A stretch of DNA of 64,000 nt, taken from positions 11,337 to 75,336 of the forward strand of contig CAVTTD010000040.1 in the NCBI GenBank assembly GCA_963737525.1, read 5' to 3'. The position numbers were made by a program, and so were the translations under genes. Shown piece after piece: positions 28,671 through 40,513 of the stretch. The DNA is from an uncultured Actinomycetota bacterium (GTDB lineage Bacteria > Actinomycetota > UBA4738 > HRBIN12). Each line of letters starts with the position of its first letter. Position 1 is the stretch's first letter. A model generated the notes under the pieces. That model did not search any database, was not told the DNA's origin, and saw only the letters and a program-made list of their open reading frames with translations.

Positions 28671-29096
28671 ATGACGAGCGATGTCGAGGCCCTCCGCAAG
28701 GTCCGCTTCTTCGAGGAGCTGACCGACGACGATCTCTCGCGTGTCGCGAAACTCGGTCAGCGACGCACCTACGCGGCCGGCGACGCGCTCGTCGAGCGCG
28801 ACTCCGACCGCGGCGGGCTCTTCGTGATCCTCTCGGGTCGAGCGCAGGTCGAGGTCGGCGGAGCCGTCCACGACCTGGTGCCCGGCGATTTCTTCGGCGA
28901 GATGGCGTTGCTCGGTCACACGCGCCGGTCCGCGAGCGTCACGGCGGCGGAGCCCGTGGAGGCGTTGGTCATCGAGACGATCTACTTCGACCCGTTCCTG
29001 ATCCAGAACCCGAGCGTCGCGGTCGCGATCCTCCACGGTGTCGTGGAGCGCCTGCGCGAGGTACAGGAGCGCGTCGATAGCGCCGGCTCCGCCTAG
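28671..29096 (+). CDS. Stand-alone cyclic-nucleotide-binding (CAP effector) domain protein
   Basis: LRKVRFFEELTDDDL...GDFFGEMALLGHTRRSASVTA is the canonical cNMP-binding cassette. No HTH or other output domain follows. Confidence 0.8.
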   Translation: MTSDVEALRKVRFFEELTDDDLSRVAKLGQRRTYAAGDALVERDSDRGGLFVILSGRAQVEVGGAVHDLVPGDFFGEMALLGHTRRSASVTAAEPVEALVIETIYFDPFLIQNPSVAVAILHGVVERLREVQERVDSAGSA

Positions 29097-31213
29097 CGGC
29101 TGCGGTTGTTGAAGAGGTCCAGCAGCAACCCGAACGTCAGCAGCCCGCCGACGATGCCGAACGTGATGGGAACCCAACCCGGCACCCGCGCCGACATCGC
29201 CGTCAATCCGCTCGCGAGGATCGCCGCGCCGGCCGTGAGCCCGAGCGCGAGCTGGCGCCCGGCCCGGCGGACCGTGGCCTCGAGCGGCGCCGCCCGGAAA
29301 TTGATCTCCATCTTCTGACCCGGCCGGGCGCCGATCATCCGCTCGATCGCCTCGACCACGCGCATCGCCCGCACCCGGAACTTCTGCGACTGGTAGAAGA
29401 CGGCCTTCGGGTCGATCTTCGATCCCATCCCGCGCAGCAGGCTGCGCATCAGGAACTTGCCCGCCACCTCGAACGGATCCAGGTCGGGATCCAGTTGTGC
29501 GGTCGCCAGCTGCATCTGCGCGAGCGCCTTGCCGGTGAGCGCGAGCGACGCGGGCAACGGCACGCCGAAGCGGAGCGAGATCTCCGTCATCTCCTGGAGG
29601 ATCGGACCGAGCTGGATGTCCTTCAGGGAGGACGTCCGGTAGCGCGCCATGAGCGCCCCGATCTCGGACTGGAACCGGTCCACGTCGAGGTCGCTCCGCT
29701 CGATCGCGTTCGCCAGCATCAGCGTGACGTCGGTCAGGAATCCGACGTCCTCCTGCGAGAACGCCATCAGCAGGAGCATCAGGTGCTCGCGCATCTCGGC
29801 GCCGACCTCGCCGACCATCCCGAGGTCGAGGAAGTAGAGGCGCTCCTCCTGCGGCTGCCACATGAGGTTGCCGGGATGCGGGTCGGCGTGGAAGAAGCCG
29901 TCGACCATGATCTGCTTGTAGAAGGACTCGAGCAGCTGACGGGCCGCCTCGTGCCTCGGCTCGCCCTCGGGCGCCGAATCGAGCGGGCCCCCGCCCACGT
30001 CGTGCATCACCAGGAGCCGCGACGTCGACAGGTCGTGGTGCACGACCGGGACCGCGAGCCTCGGGAAGGGGTCGAGCACCTCGCCGATCCGGTCCATGTT
30101 CGAGGCCTCCTGCCGGAAGTCCAGCTCTCGCTGGAGCGAGTCCGACAGGTGCTGGAAGACCGCCTCCATGTCGATGACGAGCTTCAGGCTGGGGCGCTTG
30201 GACGCCTTCTCCGCGAACACCTCCAGGAGGGCGAGGTCCTGCTCGATCAGCCCGCGCGCGTCGGGTCGCTGGATCTTGATGACCACCTTCTCGCCGGTCG
30301 CGAGCGACGCCCGGTGGACCTGGGCGATCGTGCCGGCGGCCAGCGGCTGCGGTTCCACCGTCTCGAAGACGTCCTCCCACGGGACGCCGAGCTCCTGCTC
30401 CATCACGGAGACGACCTGCGACTCGGTGAGCGGCGGCACGTTGTCCTGAAGGGTCGCGAGCTCTTCGATGAACTCGGACGGGAGCAGGTCCGGCCGCGTC
30501 GACAGGATCTGCCCGAGCTTGCAGAACGTGGGACCGAGCTCCTCCAACGCCGTCCGGAGCCGCTTCGCCTGGCGTCGCCGGCCCACGACACCCTCCTCGT
30601 CGGGCCGGCCGAAGAGCTCCCGCAGGCCGTGCTTCGCGAAGACGACGCCGATCTTCGTGCCGCGCGCGACCAGATGCGGCCGGGTCACGGGTTCCGCGAC
30701 CGACGAGCGGATCACGGTGGAGGAGGACGGGCTCCGCACCGCCGTCGTCTGGCCGTTCGTCGTGTTCACGATGATCACCGTGCAACGAGCGTTGTGGCTG
30801 ATCCGGTTCGGCACGTTGCCGAGCAGGAACTCCTTCCGGCCCGCCATCCCCGCGTTCCCGACGATGAGGACGTCGACCGACTCCTCCTCGGAGGAACGCA
30901 CGATCGCCATCGCCGGGTCGTCGTCGATCACCACGTGGGCGTGTCCGCGCTCCCCGGCGAGTTGCGTGGTGTAGACCTGCAGCTCGTCGGCGGCGCTGTG
31001 GGCACGGGTCGCCTCCGCCGCCCCGTACTCCGTGTCGGCGGGGTGCTCGGGCACGACCACTTGCACGACATGGAGCTCGGCGCCGAACCGCTCGGCGAAC
31101 GACGCGGCCCACTCCACCGCTCTCGAGGCGGTTTCGGAGCGGTCGGTGCCCACCATCACCCGGCGGACGGGGCCCACGGCGTCGGTCTCGATCGGAGCCA
31201 TCCCGCGCATCAT
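29093..31213 (-). CDS. USP domain fused to UbiB/ABC1-family atypical kinase with C-terminal TM helices
   Basis: USP VMVGTDRSETA...IVGNAGMAGRKEFLLGNV. UbiB/ABC1 core GPTFCKLGQILSTRPDLLPSEFIEELATLQDNVPP, AAGTIAQVHRA, FFHADPHPGNL, LDLGMVG. The start is one of ATG 31213/31210/31201; the ORF-track GTG 31273 is less likely. Confidence 0.85.
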   Translation of the reverse strand: MMRGMAPIETDAVGPVRRVMVGTDRSETASRAVEWAASFAERFGAELHVVQVVVPEHPADTEYGAAEATRAHSAADELQVYTTQLAGERGHAHVVIDDDPAMAIVRSSEEESVDVLIVGNAGMAGRKEFLLGNVPNRISHNARCTVIIVNTTNGQTTAVRSPSSSTVIRSSVAEPVTRPHLVARGTKIGVVFAKHGLRELFGRPDEEGVVGRRRQAKRLRTALEELGPTFCKLGQILSTRPDLLPSEFIEELATLQDNVPPLTESQVVSVMEQELGVPWEDVFETVEPQPLAAGTIAQVHRASLATGEKVVIKIQRPDARGLIEQDLALLEVFAEKASKRPSLKLVIDMEAVFQHLSDSLQRELDFRQEASNMDRIGEVLDPFPRLAVPVVHHDLSTSRLLVMHDVGGGPLDSAPEGEPRHEAARQLLESFYKQIMVDGFFHADPHPGNLMWQPQEERLYFLDLGMVGEVGAEMREHLMLLLMAFSQEDVGFLTDVTLMLANAIERSDLDVDRFQSEIGALMARYRTSSLKDIQLGPILQEMTEISLRFGVPLPASLALTGKALAQMQLATAQLDPDLDPFEVAGKFLMRSLLRGMGSKIDPKAVFYQSQKFRVRAMRVVEAIERMIGARPGQKMEINFRAAPLEATVRRAGRQLALGLTAGAAILASGLTAMSARVPGWVPITFGIVGGLLTFGLLLDLFNNRSR

Positions 31214-31316
31214 GCCGCTTGGGATGCCCCTCAGCCAATGGTGAGGGCCGGTCAACGAAGGTGATGCCACCACTCATACCGGCCGCGACCTGGGCCGTTG
31301 GTATCCTGCCTCGTCC

Positions 31317-31388
31317 GCCGGAGTAGCTCAGTGGCAGAGCAACCGCCTCGTAAGTGGTAGGTCATGGGTTCGAATCCCATCTCCGGCT
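31317..31388 (+). tRNA. tRNA-Thr (anticodon CGT)
   Basis: Cloverleaf read by hand: acceptor GCCGGAG/CTCCGGC, D arm GCTC-AGTGGCA-GAGC, anticodon arm ACCGC-CTCGTAA-GTGGT, T arm ATGGG-TTCGAAT-CCCAT. Confidence 0.9.
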
Positions 31389-31442
31389 CGGTCGCCGCCG
31401 GAAGTTGCAGGAGGAGGTCGCAGGTTGGGAGAATCGCGGCGA

Positions 31443-32139
31443 ATGAGGGCCCTCCGAGCGATCCTGTCCGCCGTCGCCCTCGTGGTGTTGCTCCCGGCGA
31501 CCGCCGCGATCGCCCAGGTATCGGTCGACCCTTCCGTCACTCCGGAGATCAACACCGGCGGCTGGATCCACGGGCTCGCGATCCTGCTCGGCGTGCTCGG
31601 ACTCATCGTCATCCTGATGCTGGTGGCCGCCTACGTTCGCTTCGCACCGCGCTTCTCGACCGACGAGTCGACCCTGAAGGTCGTGCGCGCCGACCGTGTT
31701 CGCCCCGGCGAGGAGCTCCCTCGACGCACCGTGGACATCAAGGAGGCCGTTCCGGTGGTGGTCGCGCCGCCGCCCCTGCCGCAGCCGGCCGGTGTCGCCG
31801 CGGCCGCTGCGCCCGCGCCTGCCGCCGCTCCCGCGCCCGCCGCCGCTCCCGCACCCGCCGCACCTGCACCGGCAGCTCCCGCCCCCGCCGCGGCCGCTCC
31901 CGCCGCGCCGGCCGAGCCAACCGCTGAGGCGCCCGGCCCAACCGGCCGCCGAGGCACCCGCACCCGCTCCCGCACCGGCCGCCCCTGCCGAGCGAGTCGA
32001 GGTCGCGCTCGACCAGGAGGTCTTCGATCAGACCTTGAAGGAGCTCCTCGACAAGGGGACCGACAAGCGTGTCGCGGAAGGGCAGGCGCGTCGCGCGGCG
32101 ATGATCGCCGCGCGCAAGAAGGCTGCCGGCGAGGCCTAG
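31443..32139 (+). pseudogene. Secreted/membrane protein with a long Ala-Pro repeat linker and a conserved-looking basic C-terminal helix; one frame switch within the repeat (about 31900-31945)
   Basis: Signal-like N-terminus MRALRAILSAVALVVLLPATAAIA, TM GLAILLGVLGLIVILMLVAAYV, (A/P)n tract. The C-terminus ERVEVALDQEVFDQTLKELLDKGTDKRVAEGQARRAAMIAARKK is in ORF 31696..32139. Confidence 0.5.
31795..31990 (+). repeat. Imperfect 18-nt tandem repeats encoding APAAAP-type units
   Basis: GCGCCTGCCGCCGCTCCC (31815-31832), GCGCCCGCCGCCGCTCCC (31833-31850) and degenerate further copies. Coding low-complexity tract. Confidence 0.7.
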
Positions 32140-32165
32140 CCTCGCCGAGCGCGTAGCCTGTCGGG

Positions 32166-33244
32166 ATGGACGCCACCCGCGTCGACTGGTCCATGGGGTC
32201 CCAAGCCGCCCGTCTGGCGGATTGGGACGTCGCGCTCGCGATCGGCCGCCGGGTCGCCGGACCCGGCGTCCGCGTCCCGCCCGCCGATCGGGCACGGATG
32301 CGCGAGGACTTCGCGGAGCTCGTCACGTTCGCCGAGGAGAAGATCGCCGACTTCACCTCGCTCGATCCCGGTGGGTTCCGATCCCGCGCATGGGTCATGG
32401 GCAGGGGCGAATGGATCCGCGCGAACCTGGGCGGGCTCCAGCGGATGCTCGAGCCGCTGGCCGGGCCGGATCCTCGCCAAGCAGTCCGGCCACGGCACGC
32501 TCCGGCGGAAGGCGCTGGGGGCCCAGGCCGGTGGGCTCCTCGGCTACGTCTCGAGGAGGGTGCTCGGGCAATACGACGCCTTCCTCCCCCCGGATGACGA
32601 GGGGCTCCTCTACTTCGTCGGGCCCAACGTGGGCGAGGTGGAGCAGCGCTTCTCCCTCCCATCCCGTGACTTCCGACTGTGGATCGCGGTCCACGAGGTG
32701 ACCCACCGCGTGCAATTCGGGGCGGCGCCGTGGCTCCGAGGGCACATCCGAGCGCAGGTCGATCGCTACCTCGGCACGATCTCCCTCGAGTCGTCGGACC
32801 TCGGCCAGCAGCTCCGGCGGGCGATCGACGAGGTACGCGCCGGGGCTGACGTCCGAGGGATGGGCGGACTCTTCCTCCTGCTGAACGACGAGCAACGCGA
32901 GATCGTTCGACACGTGCAGGGCGTGATGTCCCTTCTCGAGGGTCACGCGTCGTTCGTGATGAACGAGGTTGCGAAGGATCACGTCCACGACCTGGCGCGG
33001 ATGCGGAAAGCGCTGTCCGAACGGAGGCAGCGCGCGGGGAGCGTGGAACGGTCCTTCCAGCGCGCGATCGGCTTCGACAAGAAGATCGAGCAGTACGACG
33101 CCGGCGAGCGGTTCGTCCGCGAGGTGGTCGCCCAGCTCGGGTATGGACGGGTTCAACCGCGCGTGGCTGGCGCCGGAGGGGCTTCCGACCGTCGAGGAGA
33201 TCGAAGAGCCCTCCCGCTGGATCGCGCGCGTCGCCGGGGGCTGA
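32166..33244 (+). pseudogene. DUF2342-type zinc-dependent metalloprotease; 2 frame switches
   Basis: HEVTHRVQF zinc motif, LLEGHASFVMNEV. Pieces lie in ORFs 32166..32597, 32371..34101 (first part) and 32969..33244. Located upstream of tilS as in other actinobacteria. Confidence 0.7.
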
Positions 33245-33245
33245 G

Positions 33246-34274
33246 ATGCCTCGCCGGCCTCCGGCGGTCGCCAGGGTGCTGGAGCGTGTCACGAAGCACG
33301 GCCCGTGAGCACGAGATGTTCGCGACCCGGGGACCTCGTTCTCGTTTCCTGCAGCGGCGGTCCCGACTCCGTGTGCCTGCTCTACTCCTTGTGGCACCTC
33401 CGGCGCCTGTTCAAGATCCGGCTCGCCGTCTTCCACTTCGATCACAAGCTCCGGCCCGACTCCGCCGAAGGACGGCGCGTACGTGCGCGGAGCTCGCCGA
33501 AGCGACTGAGAGCTCCCGTTCCATCTCCGGCTGGCCGACGACGCGCCCGTCTGAAGGGGGAATCGGTCGAGGCGTGGGCGCGCGACGGCTCGGCATGCGG
33601 CCGCCCACGACGTCGCGGCGCGACATCGGGGCGACGCGGATCGCCGAAGGGCACACCGCTGGACGACCAGGCGGAGACGGTCCTGATGGCCGCCGATCCG
33701 GGGAAGCGGCCTCGCACGGACTCGCGGGGATCTGGCCGCCGAAGGCCCCCGAGCGCGGACGTGTGCAGCCGCTCATCGACGTCGAGCGTGCCGAGTCGAG
33801 GCGTTCTGCCGGGCGCTCGGGCTCCGACCACGCGCGATCCGACGAACGAGACACGCCGACTGCTTCGCAGCTGCCATCCGACATGCAGGGCATCCCGGTC
33901 TGGAGCGCGCGACCGGACGCGAGGTCGAAGCGCCGCGGCGCTCGAGTCGCGGACGGAGATCCGCACCGATCGGCGATCGAGCCGTTGAGCCGCCGACGAG
34001 GGCATCGGGCGACGTGGGCGCGATCCGGCGAGGTGGACGGGTTCGTCTCTCGTGAGTCGTTCGACCACGACGCTGCCGTCCGAGGTCTCTCGCTCGGGTG
34101 AGCCTGGCTGCAGCGACGTTGCGCTGCTGGGCATCGCTCGACGGAGCGCGATCGAAGCGGTCCTCGATCTGGCGAACGGTCGGCCCGGCCGGAGGCGAGA
34201 TCTCTCTCGAGGGCTTGAAGGCGGTCCGGGAGAAGGAGTACGTTCGCGTTTCTCGTTCTTCCCCCGAGAGCTGA
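33246..34274 (+). pseudogene. tilS: tRNA(Ile)-lysidine synthetase; at least 4 frame switches
   Basis: PP-loop LVLVSCSGGPDS, GHTLDDQAETVLM-like segment (PLDDQAETVLM), DPTNE. Fragments are spread over all three forward frames. The end ISLEGLKAVREKEYVRV... stops at TGA 34272-34274. Confidence 0.7.
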
Positions 34275-34302
34275 TGGGTTGCTCGATGCCGAAGGGGGAG
34301 CG

Positions 34303-34882
34303 ATGAGCGCGGTCTCTACACTGACCGACTACGTGCAGGCCTACGAACCGGACATCGAACGCGTCCTGATCTCCTCCGAGGAGATCCAGGGCAAGCTCGC
34401 GGAGATGGGCGGAGCAGATCTCCTCCGACTACGAAGGCAAGTCGTTGTTGCTGGTGGGGGTCCTCAAGGGTGCGTTCGTGGTGATGGCCGACCTCGCCCG
34501 GTACGTTCGCCTGCCGCTCGAGTTCGACTTCATGGCGGTCTCGTCCTACGGCGCGGCGACCAAGACCTCCGGGGTGGTCCGGATCCTGAAGGACCTGGAT
34601 CACGATCTGGAGGGGATGGACGTGCTGCTGGTCGAGGACATCGTCGACTCCGGTCTGACGCTCAAGTACCTGCTGAAGAACCTCGCCGCGCGGAAGCCGG
34701 CATCGCTCGAGGTCGCCGCGCTGCTGCGCAAGACCGGGATCCAGAAGGTCCCGCTCGACATCCGGTACGTGGGCTTCGACATCCCTCCGGACTTCGTGGT
34801 CGGCTACGGCCTCGACTTCGACGAGCGCTACCGGAACCTGCCGTACATCGCGACCCTCAAGCCGGAGGCCTACGGCGGCTAG
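34303..34882 (+). pseudogene. hpt: Hypoxanthine-guanine phosphoribosyltransferase; one frame switch near 34411
   Basis: [18 protein letters not shown] then (other frame) [29 protein letters not shown]...[14 protein letters not shown] (PRPP motif). An extra G at 34410-34412 explains the switch. Confidence 0.85.
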
Positions 34883-34921
34883 CGGAACCGGCCGTCCGAG
34901 CGCCGGACCGTCCAACCGAAC

Positions 34922-35294
34922 GTGAAGCGGTTCGCCCTCGTCCTCGTCGCCGTGGCCGTTGCCTCTTGCGGAGGCAACGGCTCCGGCGACGGGACGTCGG
35001 GGATCCGCGGCCAGGCTTCGGCCGGGCCGCAGTGCCCCGTCGAGGTCCAGGGCTCCCCCTGTCCTCCCGTCCCCTACGAGGGGACCGTCGTCGCGACCGA
35101 CGTCGATGGCGGCGCCGAGTACACGGTCGAGACCGACGCCGAGGGCCGCTTCGAGCTCCCGCTCGAGCCCGGCACGTACGAGGTCTCGATCGTGTCCGAC
35201 ACCTCGCCTCCGATCCGCGAAGCCTCAGACGGTCACCGTCGAACCCGGCTCGTTCACCGAGATCATCGTCTCCGTCGACACCGGCATCCGATAG
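34922..35294 (+). pseudogene. Lipoprotein with a carboxypeptidase-regulatory-like beta domain; one frame switch near 35215
   Basis: Lipobox LVAVAVASC. TDAEGRFELPLEPGTYEVSI, then KPQTVTVEPGSFTEIIVSVDTGIR in ORF 34959..35294. Confidence 0.5.
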
Positions 35295-35360
35295 CCGTCG
35301 GCCGTCACTGTCGCGGACCAGGGCTGGTGCTACGCTGGCAGCGGGCTCGGGCGCGCGCAC

Positions 35361-37327
<1,967 letters not shown>

Positions 37328-37331
<4 letters not shown>

Positions 37332-37990
37332 CCGATCGCTGGGCGACCTTCGACTGCTACGGGACGCTGATCGACTGGGACGGCGGCGTGCGCCGCGCCT
37401 TGGGCAAGGTCTGGCCCGAAGAGGACGGCCAGCGGCTGTTCCAGCGCTACCACGACGTCGAGCCGCGCATCCAGGCGGGGCGGGGCATCTCCTATCGACA
37501 GGTGCTGCGCGAGACGCTGTCGACGATCGCGGAGGAGGACGAGCTCGAGGTCCCGCCGGGACACGAGGACGCGCTCGCGGACTCCGTGCCGTCGTGGCGC
37601 CCGTTCTCCGAGGTGCCGGGAGCGCTCGGGGAGCTCCGCGAGCGTGGTTGGAAGCTCGCGATCCTGTCGAACACGGACCCCGACATGCTCGCGTCGTCGC
37701 TGAAGACGATCGGCGTGGAGGTGGACCTTCGGATCACGGCGGCCGAAGCCGGCTCGTACAAGCCCGCGTACGGGCACTGGGACACCTTCTTCCGCACGAC
37801 GGCGGCCGACCGCGAGCGTCACGTCCACGTTGCGGCGTCGCTCTACCACGACGTCGAACCGTGTGCGCAGCTCGGGCTCCCGTGCGTCTGGATCAACCGC
37901 TTGGACGAATCGAGCGACCTGCCGCGCGCCGGCGAGCTGTACAACCTCGCCTCGCTTCCCGGGACGCTGGACGCGTTGGTTCCCAAGTAG
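37328..37990 (+). CDS. HAD-superfamily hydrolase (haloacid dehalogenase-like)
   Basis: [10 protein letters not shown] (DxYGT nucleophile motif), LAILSNTD, ...[12 protein letters not shown] overlap with the ftsH stop. Confidence 0.7.
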
Positions 37991-38001
37991 CATCCCCCTC
38001 C

Positions 38002-38592
38002 ATGGACCTGCTCGGACCACCCGAGGCGTTCGACGCCAAGAAGGTGGAAGAGGGTGTGCGGCTGATCCTCGAGGGCATCGGGGAGGATCCGGATCGCGGC
38101 GGCCTCCGCGAGACGCCCGCCCGCGTCGCCCGCATGTACGAGGAGACGTTCGCGGGCATCGGGAAGGACGCCTCGCAGCTCGTCACCGTCGTCGAGGGCG
38201 CCGACCACGACGAGATGATCATGGTGCGCGACATCCCGGTGCAGTCCTTCTGTGAGCACCATCTGATCCCGTTCGCCGGGCGTGCGCACGTCGCGTACAT
38301 CCCGAACAAGGCCCAGCAGATCACCGGTCTGTCGAAGATCGCTCGCGTGGTGGACCTCCTGTCGAAGAAGCCGCAGGTCCAGGAGCGGCTCACCACCGAG
38401 ATCGCGGAGGCGATCGATCGGGCGCTCTCGCCCCGCGGGGTGTTCGTCGTGATCGAAGCCGAGCACCTCTGCATGACGATGCGAGGGATCAAGAAGCCCG
38501 GGGCCGTCACCGTGACCTCGACGGTGCGAGGGCTCTTCCGCTCCGATGCTCGAACACGCCAGGAGGCGATGGACCACATCGGCATGCGCTGA
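38002..38592 (+). CDS. folE: GTP cyclohydrolase I
   Basis: [38 protein letters not shown]. Confidence 0.9.
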   Translation: MDLLGPPEAFDAKKVEEGVRLILEGIGEDPDRGGLRETPARVARMYEETFAGIGKDASQLVTVVEGADHDEMIMVRDIPVQSFCEHHLIPFAGRAHVAYIPNKAQQITGLSKIARVVDLLSKKPQVQERLTTEIAEAIDRALSPRGVFVVIEAEHLCMTMRGIKKPGAVTVTSTVRGLFRSDARTRQEAMDHIGMR

Positions 38593-38626
38593 GGTCTCCG
38601 TCCGCTCGGCACTACCATCTGTGTCC

Positions 38627-39478
38627 ATGGACGGCGTGTGGCGCTGCCGTGATCGCGAGCTGCCGCTCGGCGAGCGGACGCTCGTGATGGGCATCGTGAA
38701 CGTCACCCCCGACTCGTTCAGCGACGGCGGGATGTTCGACGACGCCGAGGCGGCCGTGAAGCACGGGCTGCAGCTCCTGGAGGAGGGCGCCGACGTCCTC
38801 GACGTCGGCGGCGAGTCGACCCGGCCGGGCTCCGACCCGGTCGACGAGGACGAGGAGCGCGCCCGTGTGCTGCCCGTGATCGAGGGGCTCCGGCGCGAAG
38901 CGCCGGAGGCGGTCCTGTCGGTGGACACACGCAAGGCCGCGGTGGCGCGCGAGGCGCTCGCGGCCGGCGCCGATGTCGTGAACGACATCAGCGCCGGTGC
39001 CGACCCGGCGATGTTCGGCGTGGTGGCATCCGCCGGGGCGCGGGATGGTCCTGATGCACATGCGGGGCGAGCCCAAGACGATGCAGGCGGACCCGCACTA
39101 CGACGACGTCGTGGCGGAGGTGCGCGCGTTCCTCGCCGCAGCGACTCGAGGCGGCGGTCGCGGCCGGGATCGGCCGCGACCGCCTCTGCGTCGATCCCGG
39201 GATCGGATTCGGGAAGGACCTGACGCACAACCTCGACGCTGCTCCGCTCGATCGGCTCGCTCCGCGAGCTGGGCGTGCCCGTGCTCGTCGGGGTCTCGCG
39301 GAAGCGCTTCATCGGCGAGCTCTCCGGGGCGGACGACCCCGCCGACCGGCTGGAGGGCTCCGTCGCGGCGGCGGTGTGGTGCGCGTCGCAGGGCGTGGAG
39401 ATGGTCCGGGTCCACGACGTGGGGCCGACGGTGCGCGCCCTCCGCGTCGTGGATGCGATCGCCCGGGAGCGGCCGTGA
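38627..39478 (+). pseudogene. folP: Dihydropteroate synthase; at least 3 frame switches
   Basis: MGIVNVTPDSFSDGG, DVGGESTRPG, VNDISAG. Then VLMHMRGEPKTM (ORF 38997..), GIGFGK-like segment and VLVGVSRKRFIG...MVRVHDV (ORF 39275..39478). Confidence 0.8.
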
Positions 39479-40132
39479 CGGACGATCGGCCGATCGTCGT
39501 CCTCCTGCACGACGCGGGGCGCTCGGCGGAGCAGTGGCGTGAGTTCGTCCCGCTCCTCGAGTCCCGCTTCCGCGTCGTCGCGCCGGACCTCCCCGCCGGC
39601 GATGTCGAGGCTGCGCTCGACCATGTCGGCGAGCTGGTCGCCGGGGAGCGCTACGGCGTGATCGGCCACGGCACCGGCGGGGCGCTCGCCCAGACGCTCG
39701 CGGCCGAGGGGTGGCGTCGACGCGATGGTCCTGCTCGACGCGCCGCGCGCCGGAGGGTGTCGGCGACGAGATCCTCGCCGCCTTCGATTTCCCCGTGCTG
39801 CTCCTGTGGGGCGAGGACGACGCCGTCGTCCCCGTCGCGGTCGCCGAGGAGCTGAACGACGCGATCGCCGACCTCCACGCTCGGGCTGCTGCCCGGCTGC
39901 GGCCACGACCTCACGGACGAGGCGCGCCGCCACGATCGCGCCGATGATCCTCGAGTACCTTCGCGCGCGGTACCTCAAGCAGTCCCACTCGGAGGCACAC
40001 GGCCACGACGCCGATCACGCCCACGACGGCGTGGTGCGGATCCAGCTCGAGCGCCGGCCGCCGTGGGTGGACCTCGAGGAGGACGAGCGCGACGATTGGT
40101 TCGTCGACGAGGACGAGGAGGCATCCACATGA
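39475..40132 (+). pseudogene. Alpha/beta-hydrolase-fold protein with His/acidic C-terminal tail; at least 3 frame switches
   Basis: PIVVLLHDAGRSAEQW, VIGHGTGGALA (nucleophile elbow GxGxG variant), PVLLLWGEDDAVVP, GCGHD-like segment, tail HSEAHGHDADHAHDG...EEDERDDWFVDEDEE. GTGA overlap with folP and ATGA overlap with folB. Confidence 0.55.
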
Positions 40133-40499
40133 GCCGAGCCCGGCTGTTCCTGTCCGGTATCCGCGCCGAGGGCCGCCACGGCGCGCGACCCGGCGAGAAG
40201 GACGAGCCGCAGCCGTTCGTCGTCGACCTCGATCTCGAGGTCGAGGTCCACGACGACTCGATCGACGCGACGGCCGACTACCGGGCGGTCACGGACGCGG
40301 TCCGAGAGATCGATCGAACTGCAGTCCTTCGACCTCATCGAGATCGATGGCCGAAGCGATCGCCCATCGCATCGCCTCGATCCCGCGCGGTCCGACGGTG
40401 ACGGCGGTCGTGCACAAGCCGAACGCGGCCGGGCGGCTGGGGATCGACGGGGTGGCGGCCGCGGCGACGGCGACCGGGGCCGCCGCCAGCGGCGAGTAG
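40129..40499 (+). pseudogene. folB: Dihydroneopterin aldolase; about 2 frame switches
   Basis: [34 protein letters not shown]...DYRAV. The C-terminal part ([11 protein letters not shown]...VVHKPNAA) is in another frame. Position between folP and folK. Confidence 0.7.
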
Positions 40500-40513
40500 G
40501 TCGCCGTGGGCGC

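Noticed and set aside
15143-31388. The signalling island as a tRNA-Thr-integrated mobile element
   Set aside because: There is no integrase, recombinase, transposase or conjugation gene. I found no copy of the tRNA 3' end at the holB-proximal boundary. The island lies on the 5' side of the tRNA, and I saw no obvious compositional break.
31795-31990. The repeat tract as a CRISPR array or other non-coding repeat
   Set aside because: The period is 18 nt without spacers, the copies are degenerate, and the tract is entirely coding (Ala/Pro codons) within an ORF.
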